From the IMG/VR virus record IMGVR_UViG_3300025836_000002, positions 1 through 52,041 of that record: DNA of 52,041 bases; one strand, 5' to 3'. Of this stretch, positions 1 to 10,228 are shown piece by piece; positions within the stretch are counted from its first letter, which is position 1; each line of letters begins with the position of its first letter. A program made the translations under genes and the position numbers. The notes under the pieces were generated by a model that saw only the letters and a program-made list of their open reading frames with translations, was not told the origin of the DNA and ran no database searches. The DNA is from a virus. Lineage: Duplodnaviria > Caudoviricetes.

Positions 1-127
1 GCTGCATCCGTAACAGCTGAAACGTCTAATATTTTCATTTTATAATGGCTTTTTTATTATGCGTTAAATGTAATTAATTATTTCGTATCTTATTGATGCC
101 GGAATGTATTTGTCTACGAAATTATGA
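1..127. repeat. Terminal direct repeat (identical to 51915-52041); assembly overlap showing a circular or circularly permuted genome of 51,914 bp
   Basis: gctgcatccg...attatga is found at both ends; 127 bp matches a common assembler k-mer size. Confidence 0.95.
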
Positions 128-735
128 ACCGCTTCGGCATTCCCAGATATTGTCAAATCTAAAACAGTGGCAGGAATATGAATAATGAAGTTATTAAGGT
201 AAACCGATGGAAGATTACCCCCGATTGCATCCGATGATGTTGTTTGCCCTACACTACTACAGTACGGTTCGGTAATCCCGACTAAAAAACCGTCAATTAC
301 CGGAGTGTCATTTGTGATGTAAATATCGCTCAATACGTCCGGTTGTCTGAATACTGAATCAAACTGTTTATTTAAAGCATATTCCAAAACCAATTTTGAA
401 CCATTGTAGAGAATTCGTTCTTTTACCCCGATGAAGTTATCCTGAATTAATAACCACGTTGCCGGAACGGTCATTGGCAAAGGTGGGTTAATATTACTTT
501 CGATCAAACTAACATAAACTCGTTTTTGATAAGTCGCCTGTTCTAAATAGTGATATGTTCGAACTTCGTAATCCGATGCGATTAATCCATTATAATACGA
601 TCCAAAAAGTAAATTGCGCGCCCATTGAAGTGGGGACAATAGAGCATTAATCAACTGCAATGTTCGCGGTTTGCGCTTATCTGGTGGAAGTATTTCTATA
701 ACCGCCGGTGCAATATTGAAGTCGTATTTACTCAT
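64..735 (-). CDS. Baseplate wedge protein (P2 gpI-like)
   Basis: Follows the J-like gene; LPPDKRK..LLSPLQW, LEYALNKQF and terminal KYIPASIRYEI motifs; carries a short aromatic CBM-like insert. Confidence 0.65.
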   Translation of the reverse strand: MSKYDFNIAPAVIEILPPDKRKPRTLQLINALLSPLQWARNLLFGSYYNGLIASDYEVRTYHYLEQATYQKRVYVSLIESNINPPLPMTVPATWLLIQDNFIGVKERILYNGSKLVLEYALNKQFDSVFRQPDVLSDIYITNDTPVIDGFLVGITEPYCSSVGQTTSSDAIGGNLPSVYLNNFIIHIPATVLDLTISGNAEAVHNFVDKYIPASIRYEIINYI

Positions 736-1598
736 TATTCAGGTATAAAGTTCAATGAATCATCAAATGTTTTTAGCGTTGTTGTTTCTTCGCTTACATA
801 TCCTGCAACTGAATTCCATAATCTCGCGATAGTTGTTTGATTCAAAATTAAATCAATCCCTGCGCTAAATGGTGCGGTATCTTCGCGGCCTCTCACATTA
901 AGCAATACGACATCATTTACGCCCTCAACGTTTCTAATTACCGCCTCTAAATCTGTCATTTTAAGACTGCCGTTAAAATTGGTTATCGAAAGGTTTTGTA
1001 AAAACGAATTAATTGCTGCGATTACATCTGTTTTTATCACTACCGAATACTGACCCTGGTAATAGATGTTTGCATTAATGTAAATCTTATCGGAATTCCT
1101 TGATTCGACCGTGTAATTTATTCCGGCTGTTCCTTTTTGATTAATGTATCCCTGTGCTGCCGCTTTTTCAATATCGGTCAATGCGACAAATGGACTTTCT
1201 TTGGCGACCTTGATAGTTACAACATTTGGAGCCGTCGACGTAACAGAACACGCTGTAATTATCCTTAGTTTAGCGTCAATAAATGGATATTGCGGAATGG
1301 TGTTTATTAATTGCAGTATTTGCGGATCTAATAGTGAAAACTGAAAAGCAAACATTTGCGACTGAATCCAAAGCGATGAAGCGGCGGCTGATTGGCTGGC
1401 CGTTGTTTCAATTGACAATTTTAAAGCATCCATTAACTGTTCAATGTATGCAGCACAAACAGCAAATGTAAAGCAAATCATTCTAAGCATATTTCGTTTG
1501 CTCCATTGGTTCGGGTCAACCGTTATCCCTATCGTTGCAAGATTAGTCACTAATTGAGTGACTACTTGATTTTGAATGTCAGAAACTGTGCGCGCCAT
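735..1598 (-). CDS. Baseplate J-like protein
   Basis: MARTVSDIQ N-terminus, 'GTAGINYTVES', 'LEAVIRNVEGVNDV' C-terminal motif typical of J-like wedges. Confidence 0.75.
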   Translation of the reverse strand: MARTVSDIQNQVVTQLVTNLATIGITVDPNQWSKRNMLRMICFTFAVCAAYIEQLMDALKLSIETTASQSAAASSLWIQSQMFAFQFSLLDPQILQLINTIPQYPFIDAKLRIITACSVTSTAPNVVTIKVAKESPFVALTDIEKAAAQGYINQKGTAGINYTVESRNSDKIYINANIYYQGQYSVVIKTDVIAAINSFLQNLSITNFNGSLKMTDLEAVIRNVEGVNDVVLLNVRGREDTAPFSAGIDLILNQTTIARLWNSVAGYVSEETTTLKTFDDSLNFIPE

Positions 1599-2192
1599 CT
1601 ATTTATGTGTATTATTTTGATTAATTATAAAATAGTCCGTTTCAGGCAATGGTTCCGGTGGTACACCACCATTAATTACATTTGCATCTAAATCCGGTGT
1701 GATTTCTTCATACATTCCTGTTCTTTCTGCTTTGCTTGCTGTGCTATCAACAAAATTACAAATAAATTCGATAATGTAATGATAAATGTTTGTATGATCG
1801 TAATCCTGTGATTCATTAATCATATTTAACGGCCCGCAACCGGTCGGACAATAAGCCGACATTCCGGATATGATTTTATCTCTCAAATCGAATATATCCA
1901 AGTCCTGTTCGAATGTCCCCTCTTCGTTGTAAAAAACGTGAACCAAATGAATTTTAACTCCTAAGTCTGCATTTAAAAAACATTGCCCCATTTGCTCAAA
2001 AGTTACCGGAGTAACGAACTCAACAAAGGCAGCAGGAGTGGGATACGAATAAGTTTCGCCTGTCTCTAACCCTCTTATTTGGTTATTCCAAATTCGGGTA
2101 TATAAATTTACCGTTTGATGATCTAAATTTAAAACCTGAATAGTTGCAAGTTTCGTGAGAATATCGGTTAGAGGTTGCTTAATTCCGGCCAT
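1599..2192 (-). CDS. Tail terminator / Mu gp37-like neck protein
   Basis: WNNQ..PAAFVEF motif; position next to the gpG-like gene. Confidence 0.55.
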   Translation of the reverse strand: MAGIKQPLTDILTKLATIQVLNLDHQTVNLYTRIWNNQIRGLETGETYSYPTPAAFVEFVTPVTFEQMGQCFLNADLGVKIHLVHVFYNEEGTFEQDLDIFDLRDKIISGMSAYCPTGCGPLNMINESQDYDHTNIYHYIIEFICNFVDSTASKAERTGMYEEITPDLDANVINGGVPPEPLPETDYFIINQNNTHK

Positions 2193-2311
2193 AGAATAGT
2201 TTATTAATAAAACTTAAAACAGGGATAATAATCGGCTTCATAGATTCAAGTATTTCCACTTTCAATTCATCAACTGCATTCCTTAGATTATTAAATTGAT
2301 TCGTTTCCATA

Positions 2312-2776
2312 TCAAATAAATATTCGTGTGATTATTTCGTTTATCTTTTGATCTTGCATTAATGTTAATTCCCGCGTCTGACCTATGAATTGTCTCTGTG
2401 GCATTTTATCTGTGCCATCATTCAAATAACTCGCATAAGGAACATCTACGATCATTTTGAATCCGTCATTCATTATCTGACTTGTTCTACTCATTGAACT
2501 AACTGCCCTGCGAAGTGTTCCACCTCTTTTTTTATATCCGGCTCCGATCAATATCGGTTGCGTTCTTCGTTGCAGTCCTCGCGTCTTTGGATATTTGTAC
2601 GCTGCGAATCCTGGCTTTCTTCGTTGAACTTCCGCCCACTGTTTGCCGTCGAATCCTTGCTTTTGCCATGAGTCTACAAAATAATTTTGCGCTTGATTAG
2701 GTAATAGGACAAGTATTTCACGCTTTGCCCTAACTAATCTCTGTTGAACCTGTGCAAAATTAAATTGATTGGCCAT
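2312..2776 (-). CDS. Virion morphogenesis protein (Mu gpG / P2 S-like)
   Basis: GTLRRAV, VPYASYLNDG and MPQRQFIG motifs. Confidence 0.8.
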   Translation of the reverse strand: MANQFNFAQVQQRLVRAKREILVLLPNQAQNYFVDSWQKQGFDGKQWAEVQRRKPGFAAYKYPKTRGLQRRTQPILIGAGYKKRGGTLRRAVSSMSRTSQIMNDGFKMIVDVPYASYLNDGTDKMPQRQFIGQTRELTLMQDQKINEIITRIFI

Positions 2777-2779
2777 TGC

Positions 2780-3094
2780 TTATATTTTGTAAGACTGAAT
2801 CCAAAGAGCAGCACCCAAAGTAGTATTGATCGTAATTGATGTAATCGGGACCGGAAAAGGAATATATTCTCCGTTATTCAAAGCGACATTTTGCCACGTC
2901 TTATTCGTTATTGCCGCGCCTCCTGCCGGTGTAATAGAAGATATTTGCGTTGCATCGATCCTACAAGAACATGCGTATGCTGCTTGTCCTGTTGGTAATG
3001 TGTATGCACCTGTTCCAACTACGAAAACGGGTTCTATCCCGATCATTTTGTCCTGTGGTGATGGTCCGATTAAATTGTCTTGTGCGTTTGCCAT
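2780..3094 (-). CDS. Hypothetical, possibly structural protein
   Basis: Beta-rich 104-aa ORF in the morphogenesis block; TAACTTTG promoter-like site just upstream. Confidence 0.5.
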   Translation of the reverse strand: MANAQDNLIGPSPQDKMIGIEPVFVVGTGAYTLPTGQAAYACSCRIDATQISSITPAGGAAITNKTWQNVALNNGEYIPFPVPITSITINTTLGAALWIQSYKI

Positions 3095-3102
3095 TGTGTT
3101 TT

Positions 3103-3465
3103 TTATTTCAAAGTTAATAAAAATAGTGTCTGATTTATCAATTGTTTCATATCTGCGATAATATTATCTAAATCCGAATCCGTGGCCGGTTCAATGATGT
3201 TTAAAATATCATCATTTAGGTAGGCCATTAATTCAATTAAGTAAGTTCGGCTGTTGGTTCCGGCATTCGCTTCGATGGTATAATAACCGCCAATTCTGCC
3301 GTATTTGCCTTGATACGTTTCAATGAATTTATCAACCTGATCGAGCCAACCATCATAAAAATCGTTTAATGCTTTGTGTTCGGCGTATGAAGTTGTATTG
3401 AGGTGAATCAAATGGATTACATCCCTTGCTTCGAATAGTTTCTGCTGTACTTTTTGTGGTGTCAT
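3103..3465 (-). CDS. Ferritin/Dps-like four-helix protein (DUF5856-like)
   Basis: HLIHLNTTSYAEHKALNDFYD...DKFIETYQGKYG, C-terminal LLTLK. Confidence 0.75.
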   Translation of the reverse strand: MTPQKVQQKLFEARDVIHLIHLNTTSYAEHKALNDFYDGWLDQVDKFIETYQGKYGRIGGYYTIEANAGTNSRTYLIELMAYLNDDILNIIEPATDSDLDNIIADMKQLINQTLFLLTLK

Positions 3466-3635
3466 ATTTTAACTTTTTTATCAATTGCAAACCATATACC
3501 CCAATAACCTAATTTAATGTCAAGTAAAAGTATATTTTTAAATATTGGATTACAAATGCAGTTGTCGTATATCATTACTGTTATTCCTAATCCTATAAAT
3601 TTACGACTAAAAAACGAATGTAGTTTTATCATGTC

Positions 3636-4418
3636 TTAATCTTTTGATGGTATCGGGAGGTTGAAATTGTTTTTTGCATATTCCTTATCTTTTGCTGAAA
3701 CTTCAAAATAAGGGTGGGATTCGGAATAAATAACTTTGTCTTTGCCGCTATTCATTTGAAATACTTCAGGTACGGTTTCTTTCCTATCCTGTATTTCGTT
3801 ATACTTTTCTTTTGACGATACGGCGTGAGTGTCTTCGTGCTGCAATAAAATGCATTCACAATTAAAATGCAGCAAAGGTGTCGCCCAATTCCAAACCTTA
3901 TCTGTTACTGGTGCTGAAAAGTTATTGTACGGTGCACATATTTCACACGGTTTGCCATTGGTTGAAAATTCAAGAATAGGCAATATATCTGCGTTCCGTT
4001 CGATCTCATTCCATTTAACAGCCATTTGAGCCTGACCAATAGCGGTTTGTCTTTCAGACAGACCCCAATTCACATTCCACGTTTCAAACTCTTTTGCGGC
4101 CAACTGTGTGAACTCTCTTTGACTTCTTAAGTTACCTGAATCATCTAACAGTAAAGTTCTGTATTCTTTGATTTGATGATATGCTTTGCCCCCTGAAAAT
4201 AAAAAGGTATTGGTCCTTAAATCTTCGAGTAACTCCAAATCTTTGCCTGTAAAATCCAAAAGGTTGCCGCCAAAGCCTTCATATAATCCGGCCTTAAGAT
4301 AGTTTGCGATTTGCAAGTACAGTGATTCCGGTATGGCATATTCGGTAATAGCACCCGAATAGATGCCGTTAAGTAAATCTTTTAACTCTGAATCGCTATA
4401 TTGGAATTTATCTGTCAT
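3636..4418 (-). CDS. Minor head protein (Mu F / SPP1 gp7-like)
   Basis: CEIC...PLLHFNCEC motif, FQMNSGKDKVIY..HPYF. Confidence 0.8.
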   Translation of the reverse strand: MTDKFQYSDSELKDLLNGIYSGAITEYAIPESLYLQIANYLKAGLYEGFGGNLLDFTGKDLELLEDLRTNTFLFSGGKAYHQIKEYRTLLLDDSGNLRSQREFTQLAAKEFETWNVNWGLSERQTAIGQAQMAVKWNEIERNADILPILEFSTNGKPCEICAPYNNFSAPVTDKVWNWATPLLHFNCECILLQHEDTHAVSSKEKYNEIQDRKETVPEVFQMNSGKDKVIYSESHPYFEVSAKDKEYAKNNFNLPIPSKD

Positions 4419-4495
4419 TTGATTAAAAATCGGTACATTTTACTTTCATTCTTTACAAACCTTTCGGGTACAATTTTTAAAAGTGTAAGTTACAT

Positions 4496-4807
4496 TTAAT
4501 TCCTGCTTAATTCTCGCAAAACTTTCATCTTATAAGTTTCTTTTGTTTTCTGCATTACCTCAGCTGGCGTCATTGCCTCCATTTTAGCAACCGTTTCAAC
4601 TCCGTAAACATTAACCAATCTAACCCATTGAACCCGTGTTCTGTTGATCTGATTGATGCCAAATGCAGCCTCGAACTTCTTACGGGTATCGTACATTAAT
4701 TGCGGATTATCCAATAATCCCAAGTGTAGTTTCTTATACGCTTTTGTTTGCGCCCTTTTGCGGAAATATTCCTTAATGAATGTGAACATGGTTATAGATT
4801 TTTTCAA
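4496..4807 (-). CDS. Hypothetical protein
   Basis: ORF in operon between the portal and F genes. Confidence 0.5.
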   Translation of the reverse strand: MKKSITMFTFIKEYFRKRAQTKAYKKLHLGLLDNPQLMYDTRKKFEAAFGINQINRTRVQWVRLVNVYGVETVAKMEAMTPAEVMQKTKETYKMKVLRELSRN

Positions 4808-6116
4808 GTTTGTTTTTTACTGATTCGGTTAATTTTGGAATGGCAGGTACAACTGGTGCAGGTGGGGGCGTTACTGGTATGCCTGTTTGCGCTGTAAAAT
4901 ACTCGTTATCCATCGTTAATCCAGCTTTATACATCTCAACTGCTTGAGCTATTACTGCATTGTTTAATTCCATTATTTCAGCATCATTCTTTAATACTGC
5001 AATAGTTTCTTCCGGTATTGCGAAACCTAAATTTCGCATATTGACTAATAAGCCGTTATTCACAACATTTGCGATAAACGCCCCGTCTTTGGTTTGCTTA
5101 TCTTCCATTGCTTTTTCTGCCGGTGACTTTTCGCCTGAATTGCCAAGTTTGCCAGGTACGCTATCGATAGCGTCGGCATGGCCTAAAATGATCTTGCTAA
5201 TCTTTTTTTCAAGTCTTAATTCAAAATCGGTATATCCTTTGTATCCTGTTCCGCCTAATGCAGTTTCAAGAAACTCAATTTCATCCTGAGGGTCAATTAA
5301 AGCCCATCCAGACGAACCCATTTGCTGCATGGCTCCGGCCATTGCGTCATAATCAGGATCGCCCGCCTTTTTTGTTGTCTTTCCCACCCTGTAAGGTTGG
5401 CTAAACAATTCAACAAAATCACCGTTAAACCCTATCAGATTGCGTAAAAATATCTCATAGTTAGCGACCTTATAAAGTAATCCGTAGCCGCTTTTAGATG
5501 TCCCGATGTCGTTGTAAGTCTTAACGTAAACATGCCAATCCTTATATGGTTCATCTTCAAATTTAGCCCCCGATATTGAATAAGTAAAGTTTGTGACATT
5601 CATTCTGTCAGGTGATACATTCCAACGCTTTACAATATCCAAATCAGGAAATTCACCATCTACAACGTCCCCCAATGAGATGAGAGAATAACCGAAGTAA
5701 ATAGAATCTAATCCATGATTTAAGAATTTGTTAAACCATTCTTTATTCTGTGATTGACCTTTAACCGTATCCATGAACATATCAGTAGTCTTTTGATCTA
5801 CTTTGCCGTTACGATCAACAAACTCCCACTTGCGCAATAAGGTTAAATCCTTTCTGCGGTCAATGCATGCAGAAACGTGTCCATTGATTACTGTATCAAT
5901 GAATAGCTTTTGAAGTTTAACCCGGTGCGGATACCATACATTTTCTGCCTCATTTAAAGCCTCGCGCCAACTCATTATATCTTGCCGTATTCGCTGTAAT
6001 TGAACAGGTGCGGGGTAATTGGTCAGGTTTTTATTATCCTTTGTTCTTAGTTCGGGATTCATTGAACCACCCCCAAAAGGAATGTAATTTCTTATCTTGT
6101 TCCAGGTTAATGCCAT
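4773..6116 (-). CDS. Portal protein (Mu gp29 / DUF935-like)
   Basis: GHVSACIDRRK, FGYSLI, ELFSQPYRVGKT, ISKIILG motifs; downstream of terminase. Confidence 0.85.
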   Translation of the reverse strand: MALTWNKIRNYIPFGGGSMNPELRTKDNKNLTNYPAPVQLQRIRQDIMSWREALNEAENVWYPHRVKLQKLFIDTVINGHVSACIDRRKDLTLLRKWEFVDRNGKVDQKTTDMFMDTVKGQSQNKEWFNKFLNHGLDSIYFGYSLISLGDVVDGEFPDLDIVKRWNVSPDRMNVTNFTYSISGAKFEDEPYKDWHVYVKTYNDIGTSKSGYGLLYKVANYEIFLRNLIGFNGDFVELFSQPYRVGKTTKKAGDPDYDAMAGAMQQMGSSGWALIDPQDEIEFLETALGGTGYKGYTDFELRLEKKISKIILGHADAIDSVPGKLGNSGEKSPAEKAMEDKQTKDGAFIANVVNNGLLVNMRNLGFAIPEETIAVLKNDAEIMELNNAVIAQAVEMYKAGLTMDNEYFTAQTGIPVTPPPAPVVPAIPKLTESVKNKLEKIYNHVHIH

Positions 6117-6120
6117 TGGT

Positions 6121-6498
6121 TTAAAGTTTTATTTTGAGTTCTTTACCAAAGTCAATGCAAATATTTTGTAATTCATGAATGAATTTAATTATCCTATTAA
6201 TACATTTGCCTTTAATGATAAGTTGGTATTGGTTTGTGTCTCCGGCTACTATGGCCAATCCTATGTCGCCCAAAGTAAAAGTATCATCCATTGAATGCTC
6301 TTTTTTAAATCCCGCATCATTTAAAATATTTTCGGTTAGTGGTGCGCCTATCCAATTGCCTGTTTTTAGACTTAATTTATTATCAACAGCCATTCGGTTA
6401 TCCGATGATAAACTGGTTATAACTCCTTGATAAATACTTACTCCCAACTGATAATTAACTATATTCCCGATCCTAAATTCTTTTACGTCCATTTTCAA
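6121..6498 (-). CDS. Hypothetical protein inserted between adaptor and portal
   Basis: EFRIGNIV...PLTENIL..GF...IHELQN pattern of a small phage protein family. Confidence 0.55.
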   Translation of the reverse strand: MKMDVKEFRIGNIVNYQLGVSIYQGVITSLSSDNRMAVDNKLSLKTGNWIGAPLTENILNDAGFKKEHSMDDTFTLGDIGLAIVAGDTNQYQLIIKGKCINRIIKFIHELQNICIDFGKELKIKL

Positions 6499-7433
6499 TA
6501 GTCGTTAATTTGTTTTTGCCTTCCGCCATAACTTGTTCTTAATCCCTGATCAGGTTGTATCATATTCAATTCTGGCGTAACATCAATACCGGCACTGGCA
6601 GACTGCAACCATCCTAACGCTGAATAGGCAGGGTAAATAATTCGACCTTTTAACGCTACCCTGTCATCGGGATTGCCCCAATACATGTAGGATCTTGTTT
6701 CCGGTATATTACGTGGTGAAATTCTTAAATGAGCCTTAAATATTGCAATATTGATGCAAACTTCAAGTAGTTTCTGGTCCCGGTTGTCGCCTTTAATCCA
6801 TTTTGCATCCGTTATTTGGGTATTCGCCGGAATGGAATAGATAATTCCTGTTCCCCACGACTGAACACCTTTAACGGTATCATCTGGCCAAACATTAATT
6901 ATTCGATCTGTTCCTGATTGTCCTATCTGTAAAAGTGCTGAATGATCAAGTATTGACGTTTCGACTTTGTTTGTGTAAGTGTGCCCATTCCAGTAAATCT
7001 GATCGCCAACACGGTAAATGTTTTTGTAATTGAAAATAGGTTTCGGGCCGACCGCGTAAAATATTTCGTATTGATCACCTAATAATGTCCAATGGCCAAT
7101 CGTAAATACTTCGGCTACTGTAATGGCTGTTGAGCATGAATAAACCTTCCCAGACTGTAATACCTGATCATTTAAAGCGTATGTTTTTGAAGCGTAAGGA
7201 TCAGTATTAAGATAAACCGTTTGACCTGCGCTGTAGATTTTTGTAGGGTTGTGTTGTGTTATTGACCGAAAAGCAGTTGATATGTCGTATTTGTTTTTTA
7301 AAAAACTCTTGCACTCTTCGACCGCAGCTAATTGAATACCATCTAAAACAGTTTGATTGTTGCCAATAACTTGCTGTAAATTATCAACTTGAATTTGTTT
7401 GATATAGTCCCCAATGAAAATAAATGAATCCAT
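6495..7433 (-). CDS. Head-tail adaptor (Mu gp36 / DUF1320-like) with internal repeat insertion
   Basis: N-terminal AVEECKSFLKNKYDISTAF and C-terminal RDQKLLEVCINIAIF..ISPRNIPETR..ALGWL halves are separated by aromatic repeats. Confidence 0.7.
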   Translation of the reverse strand: MDSFIFIGDYIKQIQVDNLQQVIGNNQTVLDGIQLAAVEECKSFLKNKYDISTAFRSITQHNPTKIYSAGQTVYLNTDPYASKTYALNDQVLQSGKVYSCSTAITVAEVFTIGHWTLLGDQYEIFYAVGPKPIFNYKNIYRVGDQIYWNGHTYTNKVETSILDHSALLQIGQSGTDRIINVWPDDTVKGVQSWGTGIIYSIPANTQITDAKWIKGDNRDQKLLEVCINIAIFKAHLRISPRNIPETRSYMYWGNPDDRVALKGRIIYPAYSALGWLQSASAGIDVTPELNMIQPDQGLRTSYGGRQKQINDY

Positions 7434-7470
7434 ATTATCACATTTTGCGTAAAGATAAAAAATAAATTAT

Positions 7471-8844
7471 CTAATTATAACTATTTCGTGAAATGTTTTT
7501 TCCAATGATCGGGGCGGTGTATCTTCCGCCTCTTTGATATTCCGAGAATTTATCAGAAAAAGCACTGCAAACAAGATAATCAAATAAATCTGAATAGTGG
7601 CCTACTTTCTGGAACCTGGCGCCAGTTGCCGGATCGGTTGCCATTTCTTTTAGTTTTGTTCCGTCTGATGCCTCTTTTAGTGTTATGAAGTCGTTTATAG
7701 CCTGTTTACAGTTTTCGCCAATTATAAAGCTCAATCCTCCAATGTTCTTTTCAAATACGGTGTTAATCCAATTTCCACGCATCACTACCGATGGATTGGA
7801 TGCTAAAACTCTATTTGTTGGCTTGTATTGCGTCAAATAATCGGTTATTAATCGAAAGAAATTATAACCCTTTTCAAGTTTAGTGTCTTGTTTATTCGCT
7901 GTCGCATCGCCATAAACAAACAGTCCGGTTGAATGTGCGGGATAACGCCGGATAAATTCAGAGCAAACAGATTTAACGGTATTGTTTGGGGTAATACCCG
8001 ATATTTCATCTATCATCATAACGGAATTGCCAACTATCTGAAATATGCCACATGGTAGATATGGGTTAACGTTATCATCCCAACTCATGTGAATAGGTAA
8101 ATCAGGATTGTATTTTGTTGGTTTAATGTGTTGGTTTATCTCAAAGCATTTATAAAACTCTCCACCTGTTTTTAACTGAACGTTCCAATTTCCCTCAACA
8201 AAAACCATATATTCAAACGTTGGCAGGTTTTTAAGGTTGTCAATGTATTCTTGGGGCAAATGGGGGTTATCGGTTATTTTGGCCGGGATGTACTTCCATG
8301 TTTTTGGCAAAGTATTGTTTTCCCACCGGTCGTAAACTATATTTTTAACCCATCCGTAAGTAGGGTTACATGTTGCTAAAATGATTGGTTTTGGCTGTAT
8401 TTTGGTGTGCGGTATAATCCATGATCCAACGCGCTCAAATGCTTTGTTAAACGTCTTTTGTTGGCATTCATTGATTTCTTCGAAAAGTATTCCATTTACT
8501 TCAAGTCCTCGCATCCAATCTAAGTCTTTATCCTGTGCGTAGTTTTCAGACTTAAATAAAATTACCGATCCATTGGGATGTCTGTATTCGTAAGGTGATT
8601 GTTTTAATTGACCTGGAGCCTCCAATTTACCAAACGATGGTATTGTAGTGGTTCGGATCTTTTCCATATCTTCACGAATAACGCACCACCTGGAACCCGG
8701 GAATATTGCACACATAACCAATAATGCAGATAGTCCCCAAATTGTTTTCCCGCCCCGAATTGCACCGCCATAAAGAATAAAATTGAACTGTTCAGATTCA
8801 ATTGCCTGCATTGCCTCGGTTTGCTTTGGAGTCATTTCGATCAT
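7471..8844 (-). CDS. terL: Terminase large subunit
   Basis: Walker A GGAIRGGKT, Walker B ILFEE, ATCNP coupling motif, nuclease WDDN / GDAT / HYSDLFDY. Confidence 0.92.
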   Translation of the reverse strand: MIEMTPKQTEAMQAIESEQFNFILYGGAIRGGKTIWGLSALLVMCAIFPGSRWCVIREDMEKIRTTTIPSFGKLEAPGQLKQSPYEYRHPNGSVILFKSENYAQDKDLDWMRGLEVNGILFEEINECQQKTFNKAFERVGSWIIPHTKIQPKPIILATCNPTYGWVKNIVYDRWENNTLPKTWKYIPAKITDNPHLPQEYIDNLKNLPTFEYMVFVEGNWNVQLKTGGEFYKCFEINQHIKPTKYNPDLPIHMSWDDNVNPYLPCGIFQIVGNSVMMIDEISGITPNNTVKSVCSEFIRRYPAHSTGLFVYGDATANKQDTKLEKGYNFFRLITDYLTQYKPTNRVLASNPSVVMRGNWINTVFEKNIGGLSFIIGENCKQAINDFITLKEASDGTKLKEMATDPATGARFQKVGHYSDLFDYLVCSAFSDKFSEYQRGGRYTAPIIGKNISRNSYN

Positions 8845-9290
8845 AGAATAATCTCTTTATCCCCCCACTTGATTATTTGCGTTATCTTTTCGCCTCCACT
8901 TGTTATGTCCTGACTTATCTTATCTCCGTATTTTTTAGGGTGCATCTTTGACATTAGCCATTTACGGGTATCAACTCTCAATCTGTCACGTGCGATAATA
9001 CGCGCATTTTCGACCTTCGAGCCGTCTGGCATGGTAATTATATCATTACCGAATTCATCTGCTATATCTAGCGTCTCATCAGCCATTAAATCAGTACGCA
9101 ACTCCATCGCGCGCGTGTACTGGTCAGCTATTTGCTTATCGGACACCACCCATTCATAAAACTCGGCTCTCGATGGTAGCTTATCCTGATCTCTGTCTGA
9201 TGATAAAATTGATCGTACGCTTTCACCTTCTGATATCCTGTTTAATATTTCAGATAATGCTATTTGCTTGCTATCGTCGGTTACAATCAT
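8841..9290 (-). CDS. terS: Terminase small subunit (Sf6-like)
   Basis: ISEGESVRSI..LPSRAEFYEW..ADETLDIAD..RLRVDTRKWLMSKMHPKKYGDK. Confidence 0.9.
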   Translation of the reverse strand: MIVTDDSKQIALSEILNRISEGESVRSILSSDRDQDKLPSRAEFYEWVVSDKQIADQYTRAMELRTDLMADETLDIADEFGNDIITMPDGSKVENARIIARDRLRVDTRKWLMSKMHPKKYGDKISQDITSGGEKITQIIKWGDKEIIL

Positions 9291-9545
9291 ATCTTAATTC
9301 TTTTCATCAAACTTACACAACTTTTTTTGATTATCAAAATTCAATCAATATTAAATTGGTTTTCATTCTTATTCCCTTTCCTGATCCGATCAATAAACGA
9401 TCCTACTTTCCGACAATCAATTACATCTTTGTCCGGTCGCTCTCTATGTCCGCATTTCGGGCAAATCATCCAATGGGTACACATTGCGAGTTTCTTTGAG
9501 TCTTTAATTAATGGCTCTATACAGTCAGGGCAAATTTGCATGATG

Positions 9546-9848
9546 TTATTTTAGTTCTATTGGTCGCCAATGGGTGACTTTACTTCTATTAAGATGCTCA
9601 ACATTAAACTGACTATCCATAAAGCCTCCGATTGATATTTTGCCATTCCCCTGTTTTAAAAGAACATCTGTTAAATACTTCGGTAATTCTTCTTCAACCG
9701 GAATCCAACGCTGTGCAAATTCGACACCTTTTAAAAATGCTGATTCTTCCCTGATTGAAACAGTAACGTAATCAATCGTTTTTGATACGCCAAGCAATAA
9801 TAGACTGTTTGCTCGTATTTCCTTTGCTTTATCTTCAATTGTTTTCAT
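9546..9848 (-). CDS. DUF551-like hypothetical protein
   Basis: WIPVEEELP...VTHWRPI. Confidence 0.65.
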   Translation of the reverse strand: MKTIEDKAKEIRANSLLLLGVSKTIDYVTVSIREESAFLKGVEFAQRWIPVEEELPKYLTDVLLKQGNGKISIGGFMDSQFNVEHLNRSKVTHWRPIELK

Positions 9849-9892
9849 AATTCAAATTTGTTTTGTCCCCACCGTATAGGCAGGGGTGAGGG

Positions 9893-10228
9893 TTAATCAT
9901 TGGCAAACCTTTCAAGTCCTGCCATAAAATCAATTTTTGCGTCAATTTTTTCAAGCGTGATTTCACAAACCGAATATCCAATGTCGATCAAGGACATTAA
10001 TTCTTTAAAATCATTTGTTTGATTTGATTTTTTAATATAGTCAATTGTCTGCACTCCGTCAGCAAACCATTTAGGGTTTAATTCCTTTAGTTTTCTCATT
10101 GCGGCGGGCAATTGATGTGTCATAAGATCATCTGAATATATAAAATTCAGCATTTCGTAAACATCGCCAATGTCGGTAGATAGCCTGCCGTCCAATAAAG
10201 TAAACGCTTTTTTTAATGTTACTTTCAT
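9893..10228 (-). CDS. Conserved phage hypothetical protein
   Basis: GRLSTDIGDVYEMLNF..LMTHQLP; flanked by repeated hairpins. Confidence 0.55.
   Translation of the reverse strand: MKVTLKKAFTLLDGRLSTDIGDVYEMLNFIYSDDLMTHQLPAAMRKLKELNPKWFADGVQTIDYIKKSNQTNDFKELMSLIDIGYSVCEITLEKIDAKIDFMAGLERFAND

Noticed and set aside
1-127. Biological terminal repeat
   Set aside because: 127 bp equals a standard assembler k-mer and cuts through genes
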